Below are positions 21,345-31,908 of a stretch of DNA of 64,000 bases, piece by piece; the stretch's first letter is position 1, and every line of letters begins with the position of its first letter. The DNA is from Candidatus Latescibacterota bacterium. Its GTDB lineage: Bacteria; Latescibacterota; UBA2968. The notes under the pieces were generated by a model. It was not told the DNA's origin. It worked only from the letters and a program-made list of their open reading frames with translations, and did no database searches. The stretch spans positions 32,001 through 96,000 of the forward strand of contig OZ241986.1 of the NCBI GenBank assembly GCA_965204375.1, read 5' to 3'. A program made the position numbers and the translations under genes.

Positions 21345-21403
21345 TTTTTTTGGGCCGTTTTGTATATAATTCCTAAAACAAAGTTGTAAGACGGAGAAAT
21401 TTT

Positions 21404-22867
21404 ATGGAAGTTGCTGAATTAACACTTGAACATGCGACAACTCTGGAAGATGAGTGCAGAAATGAAAGCCACACACTGTACAGAGACCTGTTAGAAAAGA
21501 AATACAAGAGCCTGATCACCCACAATCCGAAATTGACAAGGACCCTTGTCAGCTTTCAGGCTAATAAAAACACACCGTATTATCGATGGTTTAAGTATAA
21601 AGAAGGCTTCTCAGCGCAGATGGTTCATTATCTTCTGAACGCATTGGCGGAGAAGCAGGGCGCACTATTGGATCCGTTCTCGGGAACAGGAGCGGCTCTA
21701 TTTGCATCGCAAGAATTGGGATGGGAAGCAACGGGTATTGAGCTTCTTCCTGTAGGATGTGCGATCACCGAAGCCAGACAAGCAGCCGAGCAGGTGGATA
21801 TTATACGGCTAAAAAAAGAAATTGAGGCCCTGGATAGCATTGATTTTTCGACTATCAAATCCGATAGCTCGATCCAACATATCGCGATTACGGAAGGTGC
21901 ATTTTCTCGAGATACGGAAGACCAACTGAACGGTTATTTAACCTATTGTGAAAATCAGATTAAAGATTCTCATATTAAGACGCTTCTTCGCTTTGCCGCT
22001 TTTTGTATTCTGGAAAGGATCAGTTATACCAGAAAGGACGGGCAATATCTCCGCTGGGATTATCGTGCGGGCAGAACGAGAGTGAAGTCGAAATTTAACA
22101 AGGGCAAAGTCTATCAGTTCAAAGAAGCACTTCAACTTCAGCTCAATTTGATGGTTGAGGATCTTCTCTATGAGGACATGGACCTTTTTAAAAAGGAAAA
22201 TTTGTCTAAAGAAGAACAGAACATTCGGTTGATTCAAGGGTCCTGTCTTGAAGAGTTGTGCAAATTCAGTGAGGAGAGTTTTAACTTTATTTTGACGTCT
22301 CCGCCCTATTGTAATCGCTATGATTACACGCGCACCTACGCGCTTGAACTGGTATTTCTCAATAAGAACGAAGAGGAAGTCAAGCACCTGCGACAACAAA
22401 TGCTATCCTGTACCGTTGAAAACAAAGAGAAAGTTGAATCGTTGGTGACTCAATATGCGGACCTGAAAAGAGAAGACTTTTTGCAGAAGGCTATTTTTGC
22501 TTTTGAGAACCATAATGCACTGCAAGAAGTCCTATATTGGCTGAATACATATAACGGGAAAGGTCAGTTGAATAACTCCAATATTCCTCGAATGATCGCA
22601 AATTACTTCCTCGAAATGGCTCTGGTCATATTTGAAATGAGCAGAGTACTGAAGCCGGGCGGAAAGGTCGCGATGGTGAACGACAATGTGCGGTATGCGG
22701 GAGAAGAGATTCCCGTTGATTTAATTCTTTCCGACTTTGCTGAAGCAGCGGGCTTATCCACCAGGAACATCTGGGTTCTGGGAACTGGCAAGGGGAATAG
22801 CAGCCAACAGATGGGCAAGTACGGCCGCGCAGAATTGCGGAAATGCGTGTATGTTTGGGAAAAATAG
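21404..22867 (+). CDS. Amino (probably N4-cytosine) DNA methyltransferase, M.AvaI/M.BsoBI-like
   Basis: RWFKYKEGFS, LDPFSGTG (motif I), TSPPYCNRYDYTRTYALEL (motif IV), GKGNSSQQMG; convergent with the REase gene. Confidence 0.85.
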   Translation: MEVAELTLEHATTLEDECRNESHTLYRDLLEKKYKSLITHNPKLTRTLVSFQANKNTPYYRWFKYKEGFSAQMVHYLLNALAEKQGALLDPFSGTGAALFASQELGWEATGIELLPVGCAITEARQAAEQVDIIRLKKEIEALDSIDFSTIKSDSSIQHIAITEGAFSRDTEDQLNGYLTYCENQIKDSHIKTLLRFAAFCILERISYTRKDGQYLRWDYRAGRTRVKSKFNKGKVYQFKEALQLQLNLMVEDLLYEDMDLFKKENLSKEEQNIRLIQGSCLEELCKFSEESFNFILTSPPYCNRYDYTRTYALELVFLNKNEEEVKHLRQQMLSCTVENKEKVESLVTQYADLKREDFLQKAIFAFENHNALQEVLYWLNTYNGKGQLNNSNIPRMIANYFLEMALVIFEMSRVLKPGGKVAMVNDNVRYAGEEIPVDLILSDFAEAAGLSTRNIWVLGTGKGNSSQQMGKYGRAELRKCVYVWEK

Positions 22868-22868
22868 T

Positions 22869-23843
22869 CTAAAGGTCAACCAGCCAGTTCACGAGTCTTT
22901 CGATTTGTTGCGGTTTACATAGATTTGCTACGCCAACCAGTTTTCCTTCCTTCATGCGTTGGATGATTTCCTGCGCCATTGAATCCTCTATAGCAGCACC
23001 GATGAAAACCAGTCCGGGAGCAGGCGTTGAAAAACTTCCCGCGATCCGATCAAGCGCAGATCTTGCTGTCTTCCAGTGTTCATCCGCACCAGCCGGATCA
23101 ATACCTCCTTTTAATTCCCCACAAAGAATATAATTTTCTCGCTTGCTTAATAACGCTCTTATGTCAACGCGTGAGCAAATAATCCTGGGAGTTCTCAAGA
23201 GAATGATGTCCACATTATTTCCTCTTGGTCCGACAAAAGGGCATTGCATATTAAAAGCGAGAATTCTATCCGGCCATTACAAGGCACTCAGGCCACTTTC
23301 AAGGAGATCACGGGTGTCTGTACCGAGTAGATTCATGAAATTATTTATTCTTCTTTGCAAATAGCTCACGCCAAAACTTTGATACTTTGTCTGCATCCTC
23401 TTCAAAAGATATTCCCTGAATTTTATTTCAGCCTGCCTACCAGTATCGTTGCGCTTGACGCCTCCGAGTTGATCCCCAGAATTCAGCGCGTATCGGTACA
23501 GAATATTATTGATTATATCCGGTTTAAGGAAGTCTTGCTTTCTTGCTAAGATATGTCTTCTTAGAAATTTTTTCGTTTCTTCGGAACCAATAGCATTTCT
23601 GGCCTTCTCGATCAGCCCCAGTGCTCCAATGAGAATTTCTATAATCTCTTGATCTCTTTCCGCTGCTTGGAGCAAATTCTCTAAATCCGGTCCGATGTGT
23701 GCGAGCTTTCTCTGGGCTTCAATTATTCTGCTGACAAATGGTGATGCCGATGTGAACTGCCTCATGGATTGTTGGCGAAATCCTTCGGCAGTTTCTGCTG
23801 GGGTGGTTGTGATTTCAGATGGATGATGATAAATGGGCTGCAT
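22869..23843 (-). pseudogene. AvaI/BsoBI-family type II restriction endonuclease interrupted by one in-frame TAA
   Basis: ORFs 23277..23843 and 22869..23249 share a frame: ...GLSAL*WPDRILAFNMQ...; family motifs YRYALNSGDQLGG..RN and GELKGGIDPAGADEHWKTARSALDRI, FIGAAIE. Confidence 0.82.
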
Positions 23844-23858
23844 CTGAAGTTCCTTGCA

Positions 23859-24122
23859 TTATAGAGACGAGTGATTTTTCTTTATATTCAGTGGCGTCTT
23901 CCACTCTCGTTCTGTGGTTGAGAACTCATTGTTAATTTTTTGAAGTTCCCTTTGGATTTCAGGATCAGCGGCCATTTCGCTTAACTGTGCATCATCATCT
24001 GTTTTGTCAGAGATATTTTCTCGTATTCGGTGGCTCACGCGCTCAATAAGGAGCAATTGATCGTCCAGGGACAACCGACTGATATTTTCTTCCAATTCAG
24101 AAAGAAGAGATGGTGCAGGCAT
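23859..24122 (-). CDS. Small helical protein, putative antitoxin-like
   Basis: LSLDDQLLLIERV...MAADPEIQRELQKINNEF; AGGAG RBS; antitoxin call is from recalled family resemblance only. Confidence 0.55.
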   Translation of the reverse strand: MPAPSLLSELEENISRLSLDDQLLLIERVSHRIRENISDKTDDDAQLSEMAADPEIQRELQKINNEFSTTEREWKTPLNIKKNHSSL

Positions 24123-24269
24123 GGCTTTTCTCCTTAAATCATCCCGCTCAAGATGGGCGCGGATGTTTTTTCTTTTACAACTTCAAATTGTCTATTAACT
24201 TTCTGATGAAGTATAGAAAGAATTTTTAAAAAAACAAGACCAGATGTCCTTTCAAACTGGAGAACCTCA

Positions 24270-25601
24270 ATGGGTAGTGTTGAACCTGTGGATTTGCGCG
24301 ATGTTCGCAAGCAGGATTTGAATCACGTATGGCATCCTTTGATGCAGTATGAGGGCAGGAGCGAAGACGACCTGCTCGTTATTGTGTCGGCAGATGGATG
24401 TGAGATCACGGATTCGGACGGGAAAACATATCTCGATGCGTATGGCGGGATATGGAATGTCAATGTGGGGTATGGCCGGGATGAGATTGTCGAAGCTGTG
24501 TATGAACAGATGAAGACACTCCCGTTTTATCCCATGACGCAGATCAATGTGCCTGCGGCGCAACTCGCTGCGCGGTTGGCTGAATTGTCACCGGGCGATC
24601 TCAATCATTTCTATTTTGTGAATAGCGGTTCAGAGGCTAATGAAACCGCGATTAAAGTTGCGAGACAATATGGCAGAGCGACGCATCCGGGCGAGAGTCG
24701 CTTTAAAATTATCTGCCGGTATAAGGGCTATCACGGCTTTACGATGGGATCTATGTCTGCGACCGGGCAGGTGAGGCGGCGAGCGCCGTTTGAACCTCTG
24801 GCGCCGGGATTTATCCACGTTGAGTTGCCCACTGCCAATGCCCATGGGGCGGATGAGATCGCGCGGGTTATCGAACGCGAGGGGCCCGATACGGTCGCGG
24901 CTGTTCTTGCGGAACCCGTTGTTGGCGGCGGTGGCGTGCATGTCCCGCCAGACGATTATTTTCCCGCTCTGCGCGAGGTGTGCGACTACTATGGTTGTTT
25001 GCTGATGTTTGATGAGGTGATTACTGGGTTTGGGCGGACCGGGAAATTGTTCGCTGCCGAGCACTGGGATGTTGTGCCCGATGTGATGACGATTGCCAAG
25101 GGCGTGTCGAGCGGGTACCTGCCGCTGGGTGCATGTGCTGTTACTGAAAAGGTCTGGTCGGCATTTTTGGGAGGGGCGGATGAAGGAAAGGAATTTGCTC
25201 AGGTTTCCACGTATGGCGGGCATCCGGCATGTTGTGCCGCGGCGCTGGCGAATATCGAAATTCTGACTCGGGAACGGCTGTGGGAAAATTCGGAGACTGT
25301 GGGGGCGTACTTGTTGGCGCGGCTCAAAGATATGTCATCGCCTTTGATCAAAGAAGTTAGAGGGCTGGGGCTTATGCTCGCGGTTGAGCTTCAAAATGAA
25401 GATGGGACGGAACTGGATGGCGAGAGGACAAAAAAGTTTGGTAGTGCGCTTCGAGACGCGGGTGTGATTACCGGGAAGATGAGTCATGTTATGGTCGGGT
25501 CGGAGCCTGTTTTTACACTGGCACCACCCCTGATTTTAACTGAGGAGCAAGCCGATCGAATAGCTGGTGCTTTTGTGACTGCGTTGCGGGCTATAAGCTG
25601 A
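24270..25601 (+). CDS. Class III PLP-dependent aminotransferase
   Basis: SGSEANE, GYHG, FDEVITGFGRTG, AKGVSSGYLPLG, TYGGHP. Confidence 0.93.
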   Translation: MGSVEPVDLRDVRKQDLNHVWHPLMQYEGRSEDDLLVIVSADGCEITDSDGKTYLDAYGGIWNVNVGYGRDEIVEAVYEQMKTLPFYPMTQINVPAAQLAARLAELSPGDLNHFYFVNSGSEANETAIKVARQYGRATHPGESRFKIICRYKGYHGFTMGSMSATGQVRRRAPFEPLAPGFIHVELPTANAHGADEIARVIEREGPDTVAAVLAEPVVGGGGVHVPPDDYFPALREVCDYYGCLLMFDEVITGFGRTGKLFAAEHWDVVPDVMTIAKGVSSGYLPLGACAVTEKVWSAFLGGADEGKEFAQVSTYGGHPACCAAALANIEILTRERLWENSETVGAYLLARLKDMSSPLIKEVRGLGLMLAVELQNEDGTELDGERTKKFGSALRDAGVITGKMSHVMVGSEPVFTLAPPLILTEEQADRIAGAFVTALRAIS

Positions 25602-25623
25602 GTTGGTAAAAAAGGAAACCGCG

Positions 25624-26091
25624 ATGATCAATGCGACCCTGTGCTATGTCAAAAATGGCAATAAAACGCTGATGCTGCACCGAGTGAAAAAAGAGAATGA
25701 CATACACGAGGGCAAATGGAATGGCCTGGGTGGCAAAATGGAAGCGGGCGAGACGCCTGAGGAATGCGTGATCCGAGAGGTGCGCGAAGAGAGTGGTCTG
25801 CAGATTCAAAAACCCGCTTTAAGAGGTGTGCTCACTTTTCCAAAATTTGATGGGGTCAATGATTGGTTGGCTTTTGTGTTTACTGCGGAGAGTTTTACGG
25901 GTGAGTTGATCGACTCGAGTGAAGGTGTCCTGAAATGGATTGACGACTCAGAACTGCTCGACCTCAACCTTTGGGAAGGCGACAAAATTTTTCTGAAGTG
26001 GTTACACCAGGATGCGTTTTTTTCGGGTAAATTTACGTATGAAAACAAGCAGTTGATCGATCACGATGTTGTGTTTCACACATTTATTTAA
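25624..26091 (+). CDS. NUDIX hydrolase (8-oxo-dGTP diphosphatase-like)
   Basis: Nudix box GGKMEAGETPEECVIREVREESGL. Confidence 0.9.
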   Translation: MINATLCYVKNGNKTLMLHRVKKENDIHEGKWNGLGGKMEAGETPEECVIREVREESGLQIQKPALRGVLTFPKFDGVNDWLAFVFTAESFTGELIDSSEGVLKWIDDSELLDLNLWEGDKIFLKWLHQDAFFSGKFTYENKQLIDHDVVFHTFI

Positions 26092-26941
26092 CTTTTTCTA
26101 AAATCCGCCGCAGATAATCCGCGTCTTCTTTTGCCCATACTTCCAAATTTGGAGGCGATGTTTGCGCGTAACCGACTTGACGGATGATGGTTTCGTCAAA
26201 TTTGTATTCGGTGTGGACGGATAGGGGTCCATCAAATCCCATCTCGTGCAATAGCCCCAGACAGCGATGCCAATCTACGCATCCTTCTCCTGCTTTTGTG
26301 AAGCAGGGACGATAGCGCGGTGTTTGATCTTCCGGTTGCGGCAGATAATACGCATCTTTAATTCCCACGACTGAGATATAATCCCGAATCATCGCCAATC
26401 CCATTGCCCAGTCTTCTCCATCCAGTAAGAGATGTCCGAAATCGGGGTATGCGCCTACGTATTGTGGGTCAAAGCCTTTGATGAGGTGCATCAATCCCGC
26501 GCAGTTGCTTCCCAGACAAGGCCCACTGTGAATCTGATAGCAGGTCTGAACGCCGTATTTTTCACTCAGGCGTACAATTTTTTCCAGATCTCTCCGCGCT
26601 GTATCCACAACCTGCCAGTAATCATCGCCGGGCTGATATTTCCAGAATCCGATTTTGAGACGGGGTATTTCGGCTTCGGCGCAGGCGGTATAGTAATTTT
26701 CTATTTCTGGTGATTCTGGATCTACGAGTGTCACGGGCGCGGTTATCATGGGGCAGATCAGGTCCTGACTGCGCCAGATTTCCGCCGCTTTGGGCAATGC
26801 CCCAATCACATTGTCTGCGTGAATGGGATGGCCCGGACGCACGCACAGGTCAATGCCGTCATAGCCCAGTTCTATCGCTTTTTCGCCGAGTTCGGGCACG
26901 GAATACTGGGCGAAAAATTTGGAGTTGATAATGAGTTCCAT
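26084..26941 (-). CDS. Sugar phosphate isomerase/epimerase (xylose isomerase-like TIM barrel)
   Basis: GYDGIDLCVRPG, DFGH, KD, G.G.VDW, FDGPLSVHTE. Confidence 0.85.
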   Translation of the reverse strand: MELIINSKFFAQYSVPELGEKAIELGYDGIDLCVRPGHPIHADNVIGALPKAAEIWRSQDLICPMITAPVTLVDPESPEIENYYTACAEAEIPRLKIGFWKYQPGDDYWQVVDTARRDLEKIVRLSEKYGVQTCYQIHSGPCLGSNCAGLMHLIKGFDPQYVGAYPDFGHLLLDGEDWAMGLAMIRDYISVVGIKDAYYLPQPEDQTPRYRPCFTKAGEGCVDWHRCLGLLHEMGFDGPLSVHTEYKFDETIIRQVGYAQTSPPNLEVWAKEDADYLRRILEKVK

Positions 26942-26958
26942 CTGAATGGTTCCTTATT

Positions 26959-28416
26959 CTATATGGGAAAATCGTAAGTTTCATCGCCCAGGCCGTAGGG
27001 CTTGAGGGAAATTTTGAGGATTCGCCTTGAGGGCCAGAGGGGCGCGACGAGTTGCGATTCCCATTCTGTGAGTGCTTGTTCTAATTCTTTTACAACCTGC
27101 GGATTTTCTTTGGAGAGGTCTGTGTGTTCTCCAATGTCGGTTTTCAGATCAAATAAGAGGGTTCTTTTGCCGTTCAGATTGATATATTTCCATTTCCCCT
27201 TTCGCATCCCCTTATTTGGGCCCGATCGCCAAAAAAGTGCGTCGTGAGGCTGGGTATCTGTCTCTCCCGTGAGAAATGGCACGAGATTGACGCCATCAAT
27301 CGCGTGATCGAGTTTCGCGCCGGCAAGACCAACTGCTGTTGCGAATATGTCGAGTGATGAGACGGGGGCTTCAACGACTTTGCCTGCGGGAAAATGTCCG
27401 GGCCATTGCACCATGAACGGTACCCGCAGCCCGCCCTCAAACGGCAATATTTTTCCTGCATTTAAGGGATCGTTATAACAGGCCTGGATGTAGTTGGCAC
27501 ACCCGTTGTCGCTCAAAAAAAATACAATGGTATTTTCTTCGATGTCGAGGTCTTTCAACTTTTGCAAGACGGCGCCTACACTGTCGTCAACGGCGCTGAC
27601 CATGGCCGAATAGATGCGTTTTTTTTCGTCCTTTATTTGTGGGAAACGGTTGTAATATTTGTCAGTTGCTTGCAACGGCGTGTGGGGCGCATTGTGAGCC
27701 AAATACAAAAAGAAGGGTTTATCTGCGTTTTGATCGATAAAGCTCAGGGCTTCTCGCGTGAAGGCATCTGGCAAATACGCCGCTTCTTGAACTGTTTCGG
27801 TGTTTCGATAAATCTGATGATGTGGACCGCGTTTTTTCAGGTTTAACCTGCGCCGTTCGCCATCTGTTCTGATCACCGTGTGTGTGTCCGGTCTGAGAGG
27901 CGGTTCTACATAGCTGTTTTCACCGTGAAGAAATCCGAAGTACGAATCAAATCCCCGATTGGTTGGCAAGAATTGCGCTTGTGAACCCAGGTGCCACTTG
28001 CCGACCATGCCGGTTGTATATCCCGCGGTTTTTAGCACCTCTGATAGGGTGATTTCCGAAGTTGGCAAACCGAGTCCTTCGCGATGCGCCCGCGCCGCGC
28101 CACCGGCATTGTATTCATGTCCAAAGCGTTGCTGATATCGGCCCGTGAGTAATCCAGCCCGCGACGGACTGCACAGAGGTGCAGTGACATACCCGTCGGT
28201 GAATTTGATACCCTGTTTTGCGAGCGAAGATATATTGGGTGTGGAGACTTCGGGGCGTCCATAGCAGCACACATCGCCATATCCCAGATCATCTGCGAGG
28301 ATCACGATGATATTGGGGCGTTTGTTTGCCAACTGTTCTTGCCCGCGCAATGCACCCGGTATTATCAGACCCGCCGCGCCCGCACCCGCAAGTGCCATAA
28401 AATTTCGACGATCCAT
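26959..28416 (-). CDS. Tat-exported sulfatase
   Basis: MDRRNFMALAG Tat signal; PNIIVILADDLGYGD, CSPSRAGLLTGRY, GKWHLG. Confidence 0.93.
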   Translation of the reverse strand: MDRRNFMALAGAGAAGLIIPGALRGQEQLANKRPNIIVILADDLGYGDVCCYGRPEVSTPNISSLAKQGIKFTDGYVTAPLCSPSRAGLLTGRYQQRFGHEYNAGGAARAHREGLGLPTSEITLSEVLKTAGYTTGMVGKWHLGSQAQFLPTNRGFDSYFGFLHGENSYVEPPLRPDTHTVIRTDGERRRLNLKKRGPHHQIYRNTETVQEAAYLPDAFTREALSFIDQNADKPFFLYLAHNAPHTPLQATDKYYNRFPQIKDEKKRIYSAMVSAVDDSVGAVLQKLKDLDIEENTIVFFLSDNGCANYIQACYNDPLNAGKILPFEGGLRVPFMVQWPGHFPAGKVVEAPVSSLDIFATAVGLAGAKLDHAIDGVNLVPFLTGETDTQPHDALFWRSGPNKGMRKGKWKYINLNGKRTLLFDLKTDIGEHTDLSKENPQVVKELEQALTEWESQLVAPLWPSRRILKISLKPYGLGDETYDFPI

Positions 28417-28555
28417 ATTGTCAGTATCTGTTTTTTTAAAAAAATGGAAATGCGCGATCAACTTTCGGATATCAGAACCGGTTTGATTTCTGACCACTGA
28501 CTCATTATACTGCTTATGTGGGCTGTTCGGTAGTTAAAACGACGGGGAAAATGAT

Positions 28556-29371
28556 ATGAAGACGTTGACAAAAAAAGATGTTGAGGCTTTCAGGGGGCGG
28601 GGATACCACATTGCGCGGGGCGTGTTTGATGGGGATGAGATTGCGCGTTTGCGTGAGGGGTATGATTATATTCTCGAATTGGCAGCGAGGACAGATCTTC
28701 CCGATGCAATTCTTCAGGGCAAAGACCGCGAAGTGCATATTCACTTGCAGACACCCGGGCCGATGGTTGGTCCAGGGGCGGTTCAGTATCTGCGAAAAGT
28801 CCAGTGGCCTTCTCTTATTCACCCCGCGTTTGAGGAGATTCGGAATAGTGCGAAGTTTCCCGCGCTGTTAGAGCCGTTGATCGGTACGTCGTTGAAGCAG
28901 TATATCAATCAGATTAATTTCAAGATGCCTGGTGGGGATATTCAGTTTCCGTGGCATCAGGATATCCGCCCTACACCCGCGTTTCGCGATCAGGTGAATA
29001 ATTATGTGCAGACTATTATTGTGGTGGATGAGGCGACTGTTGCCAATGGCTGTTTGCACATTGTTCCCGGTAGTCATAAGTTGGGAAATTTGAAGGTGAC
29101 GCGGTATGCAAAGGGAGAAGTTGAAGATCAGGTGGATGTGTCGTCGGCTGTGCCGTGTGAGGCAATGCCGGGTGATGTGGTGATGTTCACGTCTTATACG
29201 GTTCACGGCTCGGTACCAAATACGACGGATAAGCCGCGGCGTTCGTATATCAATGGTTTTGTTCGCGCTTCGGCGTGTGATGTGGGAAAGTGGGCATTTC
29301 TGGAAGGGAAACCCGTTCCGATTACGAGTGACCGCGATTATCACGAGATTCGCTATGGGGCTGCAGGATAA
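28556..29371 (+). CDS. Phytanoyl-CoA dioxygenase (PhyH) family Fe(II)/2OG oxygenase
   Basis: PWHQD, NGCLHIVPGSH, PGDVVMF...HGS..N...RR. Confidence 0.9.
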   Translation: MKTLTKKDVEAFRGRGYHIARGVFDGDEIARLREGYDYILELAARTDLPDAILQGKDREVHIHLQTPGPMVGPGAVQYLRKVQWPSLIHPAFEEIRNSAKFPALLEPLIGTSLKQYINQINFKMPGGDIQFPWHQDIRPTPAFRDQVNNYVQTIIVVDEATVANGCLHIVPGSHKLGNLKVTRYAKGEVEDQVDVSSAVPCEAMPGDVVMFTSYTVHGSVPNTTDKPRRSYINGFVRASACDVGKWAFLEGKPVPITSDRDYHEIRYGAAG

Positions 29372-29388
29372 ATCAAAAGAGGTTCACA

Positions 29389-30705
29389 ATGCGTACAGCA
29401 AAAGCTGGTTGGGCGCAGTTTGATTCAACGCCGCCGCTGGGGTTGCCAATGGGCGGGCGGGGTCCGCGGTTTTCGCCCGGGTCTGAGGTGCTCGATCCTC
29501 TGGTCGCGCAGGCGGTTGTTATTGAGGACCAAAAGGGCTATCGCACGGTCTGGATTTCGATTGATATGATTGGGATGACATGGCATGTGACGAGTCGTTT
29601 GCGCGGCGAGTTGGCTGCGATAGTGGGTATTCCTTTTGAAGCGATTATTGTCAATTTTTCACATACGCACAGCGGGCCGATGTCCGGGTTTGAAGGGTAT
29701 GCGACGACTGTGGCTAAACCAGCTGAACTCGAGGCTTATGAAGCTGATTTGTTGTCTCGCACGGTGAAGATGGTGGTCGAGGCCATTGAGAATATGCGAG
29801 AAGTCTCTGTTTGCGTGTATCGCGGGACGTCTGAGATTGGGATTAACAGACGCGGGCGGGGTGCCGATGGCAGTATGGGGATGAGGCCAAATCCGGATGG
29901 ATATATGAATCGGGATCTCTGGGTGCTGGATCTCGCCGCAGAAGACGGTCGTTGTGTGCTGTTTAACTATGGATGCCATCCTGTGATGGTTTACGGTTTT
30001 GCCTGGGATGGCATTTCTGCTGATTTTCCCGGGGTGTGTCGCAATCGGTTGGTCGAATCTCTCGGGCCGAATACCCACGCGCAGTTTATTCAGGGGCTTG
30101 CCGGCAATATTCGACCGCGCCGCCTCGCGGGGGCAGACGCATTTCGCAAATCTACGCCAGAGGATGTTGTTGCGACGGGTGCTCAACTCGCGGATGATGT
30201 TCTCTCGGCTATGGATGCGGACGGTGAATTGTTGGAATTGGATCTCAATTGCGTTTCGGGATTTGCGCTGGCTCCTCGTGACCGTGATGCGATTCCGCCC
30301 CTTGCCCACTGGGAAGCACTTGCCAATGGCGAGGCAGAACTGGAGCAAAATCTCGGCGCGTACTGGGTCGGGCGTTTGGGGTCTGGCATACCTCCGGCGC
30401 GTTTTTTGCCCTGGGCGGTGGGGCTTATTCGCCTGACGGGGGAACACACCATCGCGTGGCTTGGCAACGAGGTTGTTGCCGAGTGGCTTCCCTTGCTGAG
30501 AACTTATCTCAATGATCCGAATCTCGTTGCCTGGGGATATTGTCAGGATGGGCGCAATTACATGCCGACAGACGCGCTTATTCCCGAAGGTGGGTACGAG
30601 GTTGATAGCGCGAATGCGTACACCAAAGCTGGTCCCGGTCCGTTTCAGATTGGTATTAATGAAGTGACCGAGAAGACATTTCTCGAACTGGCCGGACGGC
30701 TGTGA
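29389..30705 (+). CDS. Neutral/alkaline ceramidase-like hydrolase
   Basis: DPL.AQA, SHTHSGP, NYGCHP, ISADFPG, QG.AG, EGGYE. Confidence 0.8.
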   Translation: MRTAKAGWAQFDSTPPLGLPMGGRGPRFSPGSEVLDPLVAQAVVIEDQKGYRTVWISIDMIGMTWHVTSRLRGELAAIVGIPFEAIIVNFSHTHSGPMSGFEGYATTVAKPAELEAYEADLLSRTVKMVVEAIENMREVSVCVYRGTSEIGINRRGRGADGSMGMRPNPDGYMNRDLWVLDLAAEDGRCVLFNYGCHPVMVYGFAWDGISADFPGVCRNRLVESLGPNTHAQFIQGLAGNIRPRRLAGADAFRKSTPEDVVATGAQLADDVLSAMDADGELLELDLNCVSGFALAPRDRDAIPPLAHWEALANGEAELEQNLGAYWVGRLGSGIPPARFLPWAVGLIRLTGEHTIAWLGNEVVAEWLPLLRTYLNDPNLVAWGYCQDGRNYMPTDALIPEGGYEVDSANAYTKAGPGPFQIGINEVTEKTFLELAGRL

Positions 30706-30708
30706 CGG

Positions 30709-31800
30709 TTAGTTTTGATTCGTTCGCCTGCCTCGTCCGCGGCGACGCTGTTCACGCCACCGTTGGTATGCTTCTTCGTCAAACTCGATAACGGGGACCT
30801 GTCCTTGCCAGGCCTCGGCAATGATGGGCATAATGCGCGATGTCGCCAATTGGAAATCCCGTCCAAAAGGTCTCGGGTTTGGGAACCATTTCCACAGGAG
30901 AGCGCCTGCAATGCGCGGTTCGTTTTCAATGGCTTCGAGCGCGATGCGCCAGCACATTTCCTGTAAGGGGCGCGCGCCATCGTCATCCACGCGATATGTC
31001 CACGGTTCTGACGCGGCTTTATAAGATTGGTTGTATCCCAATTCGGTAAATACGATGTTGCGATTCATTTTTACAGCATAAGTTCGCAGTTCTTTTATTA
31101 GGCGATCCCATCCATTGCGCAGGTCGGCCTCTGTGGGATTTTGATTTTTTGTTATCGGAAAATAGCCCTGAATACCGATTACATCCAGGGCATCCCAGAA
31201 TGGCACGCGCGTGTAATCCGTCCAATTCGCCGCATAGGTGATCCGCCCTTTATACACTTTTCGCACATCTGCAATCAGGGCACGCCATTCGGCTTCATGA
31301 TGCAGGGTTTTGTCCAATTCTGTTCCTATGACAAATGCATCGGCGTCTTTGCAGGCTTCGGCCACAGCCAAAATCCAGGCGCGGTAATCTGCCCAAAAGC
31401 GCGTCCATTCTTCCTCAGAGCGAAACGCAATTTCGCCCCGCCACTCAAATCCCGACCGCCAGTATGCCAGATGGGGCTTGATGCAAATTTTCAATCCCCG
31501 TTTGTGTGCTTCTACAATTGGCCGCGTCCAGTGCGCGGGAGCCAAATCACCGGCTCCTTCAAACCGCCTCACCCTGACCGATCCGTCCTGCGAAATGCCC
31601 GCGTAGGGATGGGTCGCCACCCAGTTTGCCCCCAGAATTTTAATATCTCGTAGCGTTGAAACCATTTCGTCACTCGCCCAGTCTCGCCCACCCCCGTGTG
31701 TTGAAATGGTAATTCCCTGCATTGGCATTTTATCGTCAAATGCATGGGATTCAAATGCGTTACATAAACTGAAAAATAGAATGATGCAATAACGGGACAT
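30709..31800 (-). CDS. GH113-like TIM-barrel glycoside hydrolase with signal peptide
   Basis: IKPHL, WRGEI, IGTEL, TYAANW, FWDALDVIGIQGYFP, FTELGY. Confidence 0.8.
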   Translation of the reverse strand: MSRYCIILFFSLCNAFESHAFDDKMPMQGITISTHGGGRDWASDEMVSTLRDIKILGANWVATHPYAGISQDGSVRVRRFEGAGDLAPAHWTRPIVEAHKRGLKICIKPHLAYWRSGFEWRGEIAFRSEEEWTRFWADYRAWILAVAEACKDADAFVIGTELDKTLHHEAEWRALIADVRKVYKGRITYAANWTDYTRVPFWDALDVIGIQGYFPITKNQNPTEADLRNGWDRLIKELRTYAVKMNRNIVFTELGYNQSYKAASEPWTYRVDDDGARPLQEMCWRIALEAIENEPRIAGALLWKWFPNPRPFGRDFQLATSRIMPIIAEAWQGQVPVIEFDEEAYQRWREQRRRGRGRRTNQN

Positions 31801-31817
31801 AGTGGTGTCCTTTACGC

Positions 31818-31845
31818 AAAAAAGGCGCAGTGCAAACTGCGCCCT
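31818..31845 (-). terminator. Intrinsic terminator after gltD
   Basis: GGCGCAGT-TTGC-ACTGCGCC followed by T6 on the minus strand. Confidence 0.75.
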
Positions 31846-31868
31846 CCCGTGTGGTCTGATTCGTTTTT

Positions 31869-31905
31869 ATCCTGCTCATCCTTAAATCCTGAAAATCCTG
31901 ATCCT
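31869..31905. repeat. 9-bp-period short tandem repeat (ATCCTG core)
   Basis: ATCCTG/ATCCTT at 31869, 31878, 31887, 31896. Confidence 0.6.
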
Positions 31906-31908
31906 TTT

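Noticed and set aside
23277-23279. Recoding of the REase internal stop
   Set aside because: It is TAA, the position is not a recognisable Cys or catalytic site, and no recoding signal is evident; a nonsense mutation is simpler.
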